A stretch of DNA of 64,000 nt from Octopus sinensis (Eukaryota). Location of the stretch: the NCBI RefSeq assembly GCF_006345805.1, contig NC_043016.1:19654001-19718000 (forward strand), read 5' to 3'. The position numbers were made by a program, and so were the translations under genes. Under the pieces are notes generated by a model. It did no database searches, was not told the DNA's origin, and saw only the letters and a list, made by a program, of their open reading frames with translations. Positions 37,701 through 50,273 of this stretch are shown in pieces. Position 1 is the first letter of the stretch, and each line of letters opens with the position of its first letter.

Positions 37701-40700
37701 CATTGCAGTAACTGTGATCGTGGTTATGGTTTAACAAAAGCTGCCAGAAATATTTATGGTTTAACTTCTGCAAATACAAGATTAGTTCTTAGCAGCCCCA
37801 AACATAAGGTTTGGTCAGTTTCATCAGTAAAGTCAAATGAAATAAAACCTGAATTTGCTTGGCCTTACGAAGAAAAGAGTAAGAGTTACTCTGACTTATC
37901 AAAGTTACAATTTAAATCTTTGACAAACGAGCAAGTCGATCGGCTGTCAGTATCCGATCATCACAAATGGCTTAAACGTAGTAAGAATTATCAAGAAACT
38001 TGGCAACAGCCTGATCTGACCAGTGATTACAGAGGAGAATCTAAGAAAGACTACAACACTGAAGAGAATTCTACTTTTAGAGATAAAGTATTGTTTTTTA
38101 ATAGAGATAAATTATTGTTTTTCAATAGAGATAAACAATTTAAATCTAATGAAATTAGAAGAAATGTGGATAAGAACCTACCAAATGACTATATGGATTC
38201 AAACTATCCTTTAAAGAAACATAATCTTAAAAATTCGGATTTGCGGCCAAAGTCTGAAAGTCAAGAGTCAGTACGAGTACCTGAAGATCGAAGACACTCT
38301 GATGAAGTTCCTTACACACTTACCCAGCTCCAAAGCAAAGCCTTTGAGTTTGGATTAAAAAGAGGATTCTCACAAAATCCATCAACTGTACAATCTTATG
38401 AATCTCTAAACTCTGAAAATTCTGATTTTGAATTTTCTGTTGAAGAAACTGGTCATGAAAAATCTCCATCATGGCCAGTTACTGTCCATAGTAAAATTCC
38501 TTGTGAACCATACACTATTGCTGTATCTAAGCAGTCACAAACTTGGTCTTCCTCAACTCCTATGTTAGCAGAACACAAATCTCTGTCTTCAGCTAAACAA
38601 GGAAATACTCCTCTATTTCAAAAACGTGATACTGAGAACACTCCTGATGACAGCTATGCTGGCAATAAACATTACCATAAACCAAAGTCATCGATGCGAT
38701 TTAAAGAATTTTATAATTCTAAACCTGGATATCCCCCTCCAAGATTCGATTCTGATGGTCACAATTTAGGCGATGCTGAATATAATGTTCCTTCTCCACC
38801 TGAACGAGATATCCCAGTCCCCAAAATGATGTCCTCTGCAACTGAAAAGACTTCAAACAAAACTATGCTATCACATAGTCAACAAACTTCCCCAATTAGC
38901 CCTTTAATCATGAATTGGCCTCAGTTATCCTCCTCCTCTTCTAATCTTCATAGAGATACCCAGACTTCTTTACCTGAGGAAGAGCAAAAGAAAAGGTTCT
39001 CTACTTCTGAAGATGAAAAAGATAATAGTATGAAACCTAGGTCTGAGACAGATTCTAAAATTTATGGTAATTTGGTCACAAATCCTATCATGATAAGTGG
39101 AGAAAAATATGCTGCAAACAACAATTTTAAATTGGGTGATGTAAAAAGCACTACAGGTTCTTCATCAACTTATATAATCAAACAAACACCTTATTACAAC
39201 ACTAGCACTCAAACAGAGTTAGTATTTCCCAACACTCAAGAATTGTCAAATACAGGCAGGAATACAGAATTGTCAAAGATGAAAAGTGCGGGAGTGCAAG
39301 TAGGCTTAGAAAAAGATTTTAGCCATGAAAACAGTTTGCAAACTGCTCCACTGGCAGATAGTAAAGATTCTGATTTCAATTCAACCCAATCCAAGGTTGT
39401 GCAGTCTACTGGACTGCAAGCTTCAGTTGAAGGGGACTTAAATGTTAATTATTCAAGAGCTTATCAACCAATGCGCAGACCTCCTAGCGAGTCATTGACA
39501 GATCATGTTAGAAACCAGGCATCACTTTTAGAAGAAAAAAGGGATCAAGTCAGTGATATGAAATTTAATCTAGAATCAAATAAACAACCAAAACAAAGAT
39601 CTGCATCGGAATCAGAAGTTAGACGACCTATCACGGTTGAGAATTTATTATCTGGTTACCAAGACTATGTACCAAGTACAGCCCCCATCCTCAGAAAGCT
39701 TTCAGAAGAATTTTATATGCAAGCATTCAGACAAGGCACTATTCCACCTATTAGCACATCATCCTCAAATTTGTCTGCATCACAGGAAACGTTGACACAA
39801 GGCTTAAAACATGCTGATTCCAACAGTAGTCTTGTAATTAAAGTCTCACAACCTGAGTCAACTACATCTTCTAGACCTAATTTCTTTAGCTTCCCAAACC
39901 AGTCAAGCACCTCTTGGGAGACACAAAAACATTATCCAGTCTCAGCAAATCAACATTTTAACAGTCAAGCTACAACTCCTTTTTTTGAATCTAAAGAGGA
40001 CCAATCACTTGAGTGTCAACCTAATCAAAGTTATCCTTTACCAAAAAAAGAAAAGATCCCAAATTCTTATAAACAACAAAATTCTGCTGCCAATTATACT
40101 TCGGACACCAGTAATGCAAACAGAACATCATCTACTCTACAAGACCTAGGTATGCCAGAGAAATTTAGAGCTCAAGTTACCAGCTATGCAGTTCCACAAA
40201 AAACACAGGATTTGTATGCATTATCAACTACACCACTGCCTTTAATGCATGAATCTTCAGCTTCTACCAAACTCGATGCAAGCAAATTTAAAAAATTTCA
40301 CAGTTCGACTTCTGTGCTAGACAGCAAAAAAAGTGCTTATGGTCAAGATCGGTCAAGTTTTCCTGGCAGTCAATCCTCTATATTCCGAAAGCATAATGAA
40401 GATAAAAATCCTTCAGCTTCCAACCAATCCGGTGAACAGATTTCTTCACAAATTACTGCTACACGCAGGGCATCAATGAAAAAAGCTTATGGAATGTATG
40501 ATGAGACAGAAGCTGCATTGTCAGAAAGACCACTTATTAATTATAAACAATATCCATTTGAAAGCAAAGACCTATTAGAAATATCTGAAAATGATACTAA
40601 ATTTGAACCAAAATGGGATCATGTCCCGAGAAGGCCACGTGTAAGAGAGGGCTTAAATGAAATGGGTCAGTCTATGCAAGGTGAAGGTTTGAGTAACTCG

Positions 40701-41089
40701 AGTCACAATACCCAGGCAGCTACCTCTATTGTACATGGACGTAGTGACAGTTTGCCTTTGTCTGTAAAGCTAGGTGATGAAGATAAGTTTGCTGTGCCAC
40801 AAGGTCCAGCCCCTAAAAAGGCATATCAGAGCAGTGTTGCTAATCAACGCAACATGAACCGAACAATTTCCGAAACAATGTATCCATTAAGGAGCTACAC
40901 AAGTAACTTAGATGTAACTTCATCTCAAACTCAGGAAATGTCTGCTAAGGCTACACTTGAAGATGGATGGAACCCTCAGCAATTAATAAATCCTCAGAGT
41001 GACAGTTACGACAGATTAAAGAATTCTCGACGAAGAAGTTATACCAGTAATGACAATGTCTTCAAGAAGTCTATCTTCACTGCTCCATT
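37701..41089 (+). CDS. Giant internal coding exon (3,389 bp, phase 0 to 2) of a large Ser/Gln-rich scaffold protein, weakly Shroom-like and unidentified
   Basis: tttttatttctttttctAG acceptor in frame (HCSNCDRGYG...), 1,129 uninterrupted codons that include the 1057-aa ORF, TT|GTAAGT donor. No repeats interrupt it. Confidence 0.95.
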
Positions 41090-41139
41090 GTAAGTAATTG
41101 TAATTTTTTAAAAATAGATGTTATGTTCTTTTGTCATTT

Positions 41140-41475
41140 ATCTTTTACTTGTTTCAGTCATTGGACTGTGGCCATGTTGGGGCACTGCCTTGAAGAATTT
41201 AGTCAAACAAAGCAACCCCAATACTTATTTATTTTTTAAGTTTGGTTCTTATTCTCTTTTGCTGAACTGCCAGGTTAAAGGGATGTACTTCAACTGTCAA
41301 ATTATTGGTAGGGTACGAAGACACACACACACACACTTTCCTTCTATCAAATTCATTCACAAGGTATTGGTCAGCCTGGAGCTCTAGTAGAAGATACTTA
41401 TCCAAGGTACTGTGCAGTTGAACTGAATCCAAAAGTGTGTGGTTGCAAACTGAGCTTCTTGATCACACAGCTATG
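41140..41475 (-). mobile_element. Old CORE-like SINE, family B variant
   Basis: TTACTTGTTTCAGTCATTGGACTGTGGCCATG tail and CCAAGGT...TGAACTGAATCC head region. Confidence 0.7.
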
Positions 41476-42819
41476 CCCAAATCTACACAAACAGATTGAA
41501 AGATATTTTGTGAATTAATCAGCTAATTGTTTTTGTAATCATATTTATAATGAAAGATATCAGTGTGCAGGCCAAATGTGAAATGTAGGTCTCATTTCAA
41601 GTTATAGGCCTAAACCAGATATGGACTGTAGAAATGTAGAACCTGTTTAAAATTAATCTTTGAAATATTTTCGTAATTTGTGCTGAATAAACATTGTTTA
41701 TGTTTGGCTTACAAATATATACATGTACATGTAGTGTTATATACATGTAGTGTCATGTGATGTACTTTATAGAACAGAATGAAAGAATTAGAACAATTTG
41801 TGAAAACAGCTAATTCATTCCCAAGGGGGTCTGCCCTTTGTTTCTAACTAGTGAGTGAAGGTTCCCACAAAACTATTGACCTCATGCCAAGTGGCCTACC
41901 TGAACACCCAGATTCAGAACTGGCCTGGTAAAAACATAGAAGAAAGTTCTAAGATAAAGTTATGATGGGTGGTTTTAATTTAGACATAAATACTTCAGAT
42001 TGAGAGATCTTTGTACTGTAGAATGAGAGGTGTTGGCTTGGGTGGAATTGGTATAGAAAGAATTAAGAAGTGTAGCATGTGGGGGGAAAGCATTTATTAG
42101 TTATGAAAATTGTAATGTTGAAATTTGGCACTGCCTAATAAACAATAGGTACACAGTTTGAGTTTCGCCATTGGAACTGTTTCTTATTCAGTTTTAAATT
42201 GATACTTATGTTTTATATCACAATCTCAGATGTGAGAGTAGCATTCCATCTTGGGTTACATAAATAAAAAGTTTACTTTAGACACTGTAACCCAACATAG
42301 CCTCTAAGAGATATAATAGTCATGGCCAGAAAGCCCTTTATGGGCCTGCTCAGTCAGAATTGACCTTGGGCAAAACACCAACAAGATTTAAGTGATCTTA
42401 TTCCAGATGAGGTGAGGGTAAGTGTCTTTCAATTTAATCCTTGACAAAAAAAGACATAAAAAAAGTCAAACCCCCAAGGGACATTATGATAAATCTTAGT
42501 AGTGGTTGTTGTCATTTAGCTTTTGGTCATGCTTGAATGAACACAGACAATCAAAGACATTCTGGTTATGACCAGAATGTATTTTGTATTATTCAATGTC
42601 TCCTTTCTTTTTCGTTTTTTGTTATCTGATATCACAACATAAGCAGCCAAATTACTCTGATTTCAGGATGATTTGGCTATTATTTCCAGTAAGCTGATCA
42701 ACAACATAGTTTACCAGTGAAGCTAGTTGTAATTTTTTAAGCCCAAGGGTCTGCGCTAATTGAGGAGACACATGAACAAAGACAATTTAACCATAAATAT
42801 GAAGAACATTATCTAATCT

Positions 42820-43230
42820 GGTTCTATATTTAAGAGATGAGGAATTATTTACATTTGACAGATATTTGTCCTCATCTTGTTTGTTGTTAGCACTTTTCGG
42901 CTGATATACCTTCCAGCCTTCATCAGGTATCTTGGGGAAATTTCGAACCTGGGTTCTCATTCCTAAGGTATTTTTCAATGTTATTATTATTATTATTCAG
43001 GTCACGGGCATATGGCGTAGTGTTTCAAAGCATGGGCTACTTACCTCAAGATTCTGAGTTCGATTCCAGGCAGTGACCTGAATAATAACAACAACATTGA
43101 AAAATACCCTAGGAATGAGAACCCAGTTTCGAAATTTCCCCAAGGCACTTGATGAAGGCTTGGAGGGTATATCAGCCAAAATGTTGTGTTAACAACAAAC
43201 AAGATGAGGATAAATATCCATCAAATGTAA
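42820..43230 (+). mobile_element. Inverted-architecture retroelement: reverse tail + tRNA head + hammerhead-bearing tail, with 12-bp TSD
   Basis: TSD ATTATCTAATCT at 42808-42819 and 43231-43242. Left arm (to 43005) is the reverse complement of 43073-43230. Hammerhead motif in both arms. Confidence 0.85.
43006..43078 (+). ncRNA. tRNA-derived Pol III head (SINE head, not a functional tRNA)
   Basis: A-box TGGCGTAGTGT, B-box GAGTTCGATTCC, no intact acceptor stem. Confidence 0.7.
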
Positions 43231-43752
43231 ATTATCTAATCTACCCTTCAGATGGTAGGGTGTGATTCAGGACAGGTTTGGTTGCTATCTCTTGCAGCTT
43301 GAATACTCACAAACACCCAAATGCAGTTTGAACAACCGAAAGTAGGTCCTTTGTAGAATTCCTTAGTAGTGATCATTTGTAAAAGAGGACCTACTTGGTA
43401 CTGTGTTATATTTTGTCAATTCCATAAGATTAACTTTGGAACTAAAAGCAACTGTAAAACTTCATTAGTTATATTATAATCCTTTTAGTAACAATTGTCT
43501 GAAACTGCTCTTGGTACTATGATAGAAACTTCCCATTTTGAGATTTGGGACCTAAATTAAAAGTTTTCATTGGTTTTTCATGTTGATTTACATTAAAACA
43601 AAAGCTAACTGCAATAAAGTTATTTCATTACATTCTTTATTATTTTGAAAATTAATTGAAACAAGAATAGTCCATTTCAATAGCAGCACTTTGGTACTAA
43701 AACTTCAAAAGTGTTCAAGTTTTATTTCAAGCCTTGACTCTTCCACTTAGAC

Positions 43753-43811
43753 TGCCTTTAATTCATATTTTAACTAAATCCACACAGCACATTATAATAT
43801 CCCTTGAGGCA

Positions 43812-43897
<86 letters not shown>

Positions 43898-44040
43898 GTA
43901 GTACACAAGTGTGTTACATTGCACTGTTAGAGAACCACTGCATCAATAAAACTCTCTTAAAATAAATTATTCGTTAAAAGTCTAAATTTAAATTAACAAA
44001 TTATTTATGAAGCTTTCTTTATTCTCATATATCTTCTTTC
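43753..44040 (+). repeat. Direct repeat copy 1 (~250-290 bp with internal (AT)n)
   Basis: GCCTTTAATTCATATT...CCCTTGAGGCATC-(AT)n-CCCTTG.AGT.CACAAGTGTG...GAAGCTTTCTTTATTCTCAT is repeated at 45627-45872. Confidence 0.85.
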
Positions 44041-44269
44041 TCAAAGATAATTTAGCTACTGTATTAACCTTTTATTAAGCCTCAAATTCTAATGAAATAG
44101 AACACAGTTCAAGAGGGCAGGTAGCAGTCTGTGTCTGCAAGAATTCTATTTGCAGAAAAAAGTAACAGAAAGAATAAAGTAATACTGTCTGTCCCACCAG
44201 TTTTGGTTCAGTGTGAATTTAGCTGCTGCTTTTAAGCTTCCAATACCATAATTTCTTGTGAAATATGCT

Positions 44270-44450
44270 TACAGACAAATGGATTAAGTCGATTATATCG
44301 ACCCCAGTGCGTAACTGGTACTTATTTAATCAACCCTGAACGGATGAAAGGCAAAGTCGACCTCTGCGGAATTTGAACTCAGAATGTAGTGACAGATGAA
44401 ATACTGCTAAGTATTTCGCCTGGCATGCTAACGTTTCTGCCAGCTTGCCA
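44270..44450 (-). mobile_element. tRNA-derived SINE, family A (3'-truncated)
   Basis: Family A head and body. Confidence 0.85.
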
Positions 44451-45626
44451 CTGTATGTATGTATACATACATACACACTCACACAATGGGCTTCCTCACA
44501 GTTTCTCTCACCAAATTCCCTCACAAGGCATTGGTTGGCCTGGGACTATAATAGTAGACTGAACCCAAAATTACATAGTTGCAAAACACACGTTTTAATG
44601 ATGCAGCCATACTTATTTACATAATCAATTTCATTTTGAAATTAATAAGTCGTTATTGGAAAGGTTAAATGGGTCCTGTTGCAAGCTTTAAGTCTCTCAT
44701 TACTGTAGTTTTGTTTCCGGGAAAAGTTAACTTGGTTTTATTCTTTTCATGACTATATTGCTAATGGAATACGCTGTCCTAAGTTTTAATTAATTTCAAT
44801 AGTTACAATGATTTTAGAATGATTTTAGTAAAATAACATTTTTAAAACTATTTATTGATTGTTGTCTTTATTGTTGTTGGTGTTGTTTAAACTTGATGGG
44901 GTACCCCACAAAGGCATTCTGATCATGACTAATTTATTTTTTTTATTTTTTATTTTTTTTCCAGACATAGTAATATCTCTATATCTAAAATATTGAATGA
45001 GAAACAAAGGTAGTAGGTTGTGATGTGAGAGAAATTTGGTTGCTATTTCCAGCTGGTTCAGCAGCCGTGTTGAGTTTTTCGTGTCTCAACAGGCTCCATT
45101 ATTGCTTTAAGTAGCATCATAAGCTGGTGTTTCAAAAATAACTTAATAAAAATAAAAAGTTCTTTATATAAAAATGATAGTGGAGGGTTCTAATTTAAAT
45201 AGGAGCACTTCAAAGCAGGAAGTACAGAACAAACGAATAAATAATTAAATAACCGAGTAGGTAGCGTCCTCGGGCTGGACTCGTTATCAGAAGGATTATT
45301 TAGCGGACTAAAAGAAGTTTGTCTTGTTTACAGTTAATTATCCTGAGGTATTTAAGAAAATCATAAGCTAATGTAGTTATGGGTGTGATGTTAGTGGAGG
45401 ATTAAACTAGATTGAGAATTATTGCTAGTGCACCAGCGATCAAAAAATTTTAAAAATGCTAGTGTGGAGTTATATATAAATCCTCCAAAAGTATACTTTA
45501 AAGTTAAAAATTTAGAAAAATATATAAAACTAGGGCCTATCTTGTTTTATTAATCATACTTATTTATCACAAAATTGTGAATAAAACATTTTACAAGATA
45601 CTCGAGAATTAACATAGATTTTCTAA

Positions 45627-45685
45627 TGCCTTTAATTCATATTATTAACTAAATCCACGGCACATTATGATATCCCTTGAGGCAT

Positions 45686-45728
<43 letters not shown>

Positions 45729-45872
45729 GCAGTGCACAAGTGTGTTGCATTGCACTGTTAGAGAACCACTGCATCAATAAAACTCTCTTAAAATAAATTA
45801 TTCATTAAAAATCTAAATTTAAAATTAACAAATTATCTATGAAGCTTTCTTTATTCTCATGTATCTTCTTTC
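45627..45872 (+). repeat. Direct repeat copy 2
   Basis: High similarity to 43753-44040 with a shorter (AT)n. Confidence 0.85.
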
Positions 45873-46264
45873 TATTCAAATGGATGTCAACATTTAATGT
45901 CCGTTTTCCATACTGGCATGTGTTGGATGGCTTGACAGGAACTAGCAAGGCCAGGGGCTGCACCAGGTTTCATAGTCTGTTGTGGCATGGTTTCTATGGC
46001 TGGATACCCTTCCTAACTCCAACCACTTTACAGAAGGTACTGGGTGCTTTTTACGTGACACCAGCACCAGTGCTTTTTGTGTGGCACCTTGGTTTTAGGA
46101 TCTCAATTCTTTTGTGGTGGACAAGTCTGCTTCAGTACAGCTGTGTGCCACATATCTAAGTATTCTGTCATCTCCTTCATATGCAACTCAATTAGAGAAT
46201 TTTTAAAATTTTCTTATTGAAACTGGAATTTAATTTTTGTATAAACTTGTAGGGCACATGAAAC

Positions 46265-46298
46265 TTAGTTGGGTGTTGGTCAGCCAACACCCAACTAA
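46265..46298. repeat. Perfect 15-bp-stem hairpin
   Basis: TTAGTTGGGTGTTGG-TCAG-CCAACACCCAACTAA. Confidence 0.9.
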
Positions 46299-47159
46299 TA
46301 CTTTATTATTACACCCATTGCCAAGAGAACTATTTCTGACTCAGTCCAATTTCTCTATATGTTTGGTGTTTAACTCTGATGAAGCAGACCTATGATCACT
46401 GACATGACACTCCAGCCATGACCTTTACATCTTTTTCCTTCCAAACCATAGCCCCCATCAGGGCTACATTATCCAATGTGTCTGTTTAGTTTAAGACTAG
46501 AGAGTGTATTCAAGGGAAACTTTGCTGCTATTTCTAGTAGACCAAGCGACCATGCTGAGGCTTTTCATGAGGGTACAGTTTGGCCTAGTCAGCAGTGACA
46601 ACATTATATTATCAATGAATGTTCTGTTAGCTTGCAGTGCCTAAGGTCAAGCTTTCCAATAGGTATGTAGAAGGCAATATTGAAGAGGCAGAAGATGTTT
46701 TTTTAAACTAAGAATTTCAAGAACATAATCTGTTGAGGGCATATATCACTGCTAAAAATAATGAACCTTTAACTTTTTTCTTTTCATAAGTATGTAACTT
46801 CTATTAAATTGCTGGTTAGGTCTTAAAGCTTAAATCATTCTCTCAATATTAGTTTTGAAAGACATTGTTAGCGAGAGGTTTCAGATTAGAATATAGGCAA
46901 AACATTCCCTGTCTCAGAGCGATTTGAAATTCATCATCGTCATACATCTGTTTTCTATGCTGGTACAGGTTGGGAAGTTTGACCAGAAGTGGCCAGCAGG
47001 AGAGCTGCTTAGGCTCCAATAGTCTATTTTGGCTTGGTTTCTACTGCCAACCACCTCACAGAGTGTACTGGGTGCTTTGTATGTAGCACTAGCATGGATA
47101 TTGCTTTAAAATAAAACTGAAGTTTTGTGCTTATGTTTAAAAAAAATTGCTTTCTATGC

Positions 47160-47495
47160 ACAGATATAGCTGTGTGGCTAAGAAACTTGCTTTGCAACCA
47201 TAAGGTTTCAGGTTCAGTTCTGTTGTGCAGCACCTTGGGCAAGTGCCTTTTACTATAGTCTGGGCTGACAGCGCCTTTGGTAGATGAAAACTGCAGGGAA
47301 ACCCATTGTGTGTGTTACCCCCACTATTTGACAATCAGTATTGGTTTGTTTACATTCCTGTAATGTTCAGCAAAAGAGACAGAATAAATATTAGGCTTAA
47401 AAAAGAAATACTAGGATTGATTCATTTAACTAAAACCCTATAAGGCGGTTCCCCAGTATGACCTCAGTCCATTGACTGAAACGAATAAGAGATTA
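47160..47495 (+). mobile_element. Old CORE-like SINE, family B variant
   Basis: GCTGTGTGGCTAAG...GGTTCAGTTC...CACCTTGGGCAAGTG...CATTGACTGAAACGAATAAGAG. Confidence 0.7.
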
Positions 47496-48419
47496 AAGAT
47501 AAAGGATGTTCAAAGCCCTGTGTTTCAAGAAGGGCGAGGTGGAATTGAAAATTTTAATCTCATGTATTTTGCAAGGGTACCAGTGATCTAAGAAAGATAA
47601 CCTAAATAATGAATAAAAAGAAAAATATATTTTAAAAAAGCTCAAAAATGTTGGACCAATTGTTGTTGATATAGTGAAATGTTAAAGATTAAATGTTTTG
47701 ATATTAGTATATTACTAGTAACCTAACTTGTTTGTAGTTGAAATGAGAGACAGAGTAGGTTAATAGTGACATTCTTCAAGTATTAGTCATCAGTTCAAAT
47801 TCTGCATAAGGTATGCATATTTTTGCCTCTAAGCAAAAAAAAAAAAAAAAAAAAAAGCACTAAAGATTGAACAAATAGACCACATTCAGAATAGGTTGAA
47901 TGTTTTAATGTAGAAAGAACTTTTTTTTTAAATTTTTAAATGAAGAAAACAAAATCTCCTGGAAATCCATATATATATGTATAAATGTTTGTCATCATCA
48001 TCATCATCATTATTATCATCATTGTTATCGTAATTTTGTATGTCTGTTTTCCATGTTGACATGGTTGGACAGATCGACCATACAACATGCTGTCACTCCA
48101 CTCAATTCTGTGTCAACTTGTTTGTGACACCCAAACATCCGTGAGATCTTACCTCACCACTTCTTCCCATGTTCTCTTTAATGTTTTTCTTTTCTCTTTT
48201 TCTTCTTCTACTGACACCTGAGTGTACCTCCCATTGACGGTACACAGCTGTTTTTTTTTCTTTTATCTTTTTTACCTAGCATTTCATTTCATGTTTATAC
48301 CTGTGCAACTACTTTTCTTACATATATAAACTGTTACATTAATGCTCATCATAACCCCTTCCTAAAAGCTCATTTTTATCCTATGTCCACCCACAAACAT
48401 CCAGATTCGTTCAACGCCC

Positions 48420-49075
48420 ATATTTCACCACCACCAACTTAGCATTCCATCGGTTATGATGACAAGTGTTCCAATTGATTCAATCAACGGAACAGCCTGC
48501 TCATGAAATTAATGTACAAGTTGTTGAGCACTCCACTGACATTTCTACCCTTAATGTAGTTCACTGGGAGATTCAACATAATGCAGAATGTTGTTTCCTT
48601 CTCGAGCCATGCCTGGCTCATAAGGGCCAGTTTCCTTGGTGTATAGGTTCCTCACCTGGACAGGACGCCGGTCCATCGCAGGTGAGCTGCAAGATGCAGG
48701 AGGAAAGAGTGAGAGAAAGTTGTGGTGACAGAATCAGCAGAAGTTTCGCCATTACCTTCTGCCAGAGCCGCGTGGAGCTTAGGTGTTTCGCTCATAAACA
48801 CACACATTGTCCGGTCTGAGATTCGAACCCGCGATCCCTCAACCGCGAGTCTACTGCTTTAACCACTAGGCCATGTGCCTCCACATGCAGAATGTGACAA
48901 GGCTGGTCCTTTGAACCACTGACACAACTCATTTTTGCCAGCTGAGTGGACTAGAGCAATGTGAAAATAAAGAGTCTTGCTCAAGGGCACAATGCACCAC
49001 TAGGAATGGAGATCATGACCTTATGATTATGATCAGAATATCCTAATCACTTAGCCATGTGCCACCATAACTACC
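48420..49075 (-). mobile_element. Family-D SINE interrupted by a younger SINE
   Basis: Family D body is split at the ATGCAGAATGT duplication. Confidence 0.7.
48592..48884 (-). mobile_element. Young tRNA-derived SINE, family E, nested in a family-D SINE
   Basis: Head GTGGAGGCACATGGCCTAGTGGTTAAAGCAG...GCGGGTTCGAATCTC. 3' hairpin GAGCCA-GGCA-TGGCTC. 11-bp TSD ATGCAGAATGT at 48581-48591 and 48885-48895. Confidence 0.85.
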
Positions 49076-50044
49076 ACCACCATGCTGTATCACACTTGTA
49101 ACACATCTGTCTATTTGTATGATAGGAGAAACCATTTGTGTTTGCCCTTTGTGTGAGGATTTGAACAAACATTTTCTGCCAATAAAATATATCTTTGGGA
49201 CTTCTTTGACATCTTTTGTTTGCTCTAGTTTTCTCCTACATTTCACTCCCATAACTTTCATTAAACCAAGATTATGGTTGGAAACATTTTCCCAAGGTAC
49301 AAGTGCAATAGGATTGTACCCAAAAGCAGTTTTTGAGGAACTCATAGAAATCATTTTCTGCAAGACCCTACTATTTCTGTTCCATTATTTATATGTAATT
49401 AATTTGCTTATATTGATTTCTGCTATTTAGTGTCCATCCTCATCATCATTGTTTTAAAGTTTGCTTTTCTGTGCTTGCATGGCTCAGATGGAATTCATTG
49501 ACACAAATTTTCTATAGTTAGATGCTCTTTCTGTCACTAACATGATAATGCTCCTGCATGGCCAGATGTGTTTACATGGATGATTGGGAATGAATTGCAC
49601 TGCTTGCAATGACAGTTTTATACCATGGACAAAGTACTGGCCAATCCCCTTCCCACATGCATGCACACTCACTCTTTCCTGGATATGGAGTATGTAAGAA
49701 GAGAAGGAAAAATTTAGCATTGTATAAAAAAAGTAAAACTGATGAGGTGGGAGTGGGGTCCCATTCAGAGTGTTAGAATGGAATCCTTCCACATAAGAGT
49801 AGGATAAATCAAAGAATCTCTGTTTCCATAATGAAGTGTTATGTACATTATATTCTTTGCAATTAGATATAAAGATCCAGATTTCTATAGGATGAAAACA
49901 TCCTGTGAGCTGCTGTTCATTCATATTTCTAGGTACATCTGTGTGGCAAAGGAGTTGACTGTGGGGCTATGTGGTTACGGGTTTGATCCTATTGCATGAT
50001 TCTTGTTAGCGGTGTTCTGTACTGTAGCCATGGATTAACTGATA

Positions 50045-50273
50045 TCTATTTCTTTACTACCCACAAGGGGGTAAACACAGAGAGGACAAACAAGGACAGA
50101 CAAACAGATTAAGTCGATTATATCAACCCCAGTGCGTAACTGGTACTTAATTTCTCGACCCCAAAAGGATGAAAGGCAAAGTTGCCCTCGGCGGAATTTG
50201 AACTCAGAACTCAGAAGGCAAACGAAATACTGCTAAGCATTTTGCCTGGCGTGCTAACGTTTCTGCCAGCTCA
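50045..50273 (-). mobile_element. tRNA-derived SINE, family A
   Basis: Full length, flanked by TGGATTAACT repeats. Confidence 0.9.

Noticed and set aside
37920-41093. Single-exon 1057-aa gene starting at TTG and ending at TAA 41091-41093
   Set aside because: The frame is open back to the acceptor at 37700, and a GTAAGT donor at 41090 precedes the stop, so it is an internal exon.
43006-43078. Functional tRNA gene, also considered at 48810-48884 and 33510-33580
   Set aside because: A and B boxes are present but there is no intact cloverleaf or acceptor stem. Each is embedded in a repeat body, so these are SINE heads.
49043-49924. ORFs of 103-146 aa
   Set aside because: No recognisable domain, no convincing splice signals, and they overlap repeat fragments.
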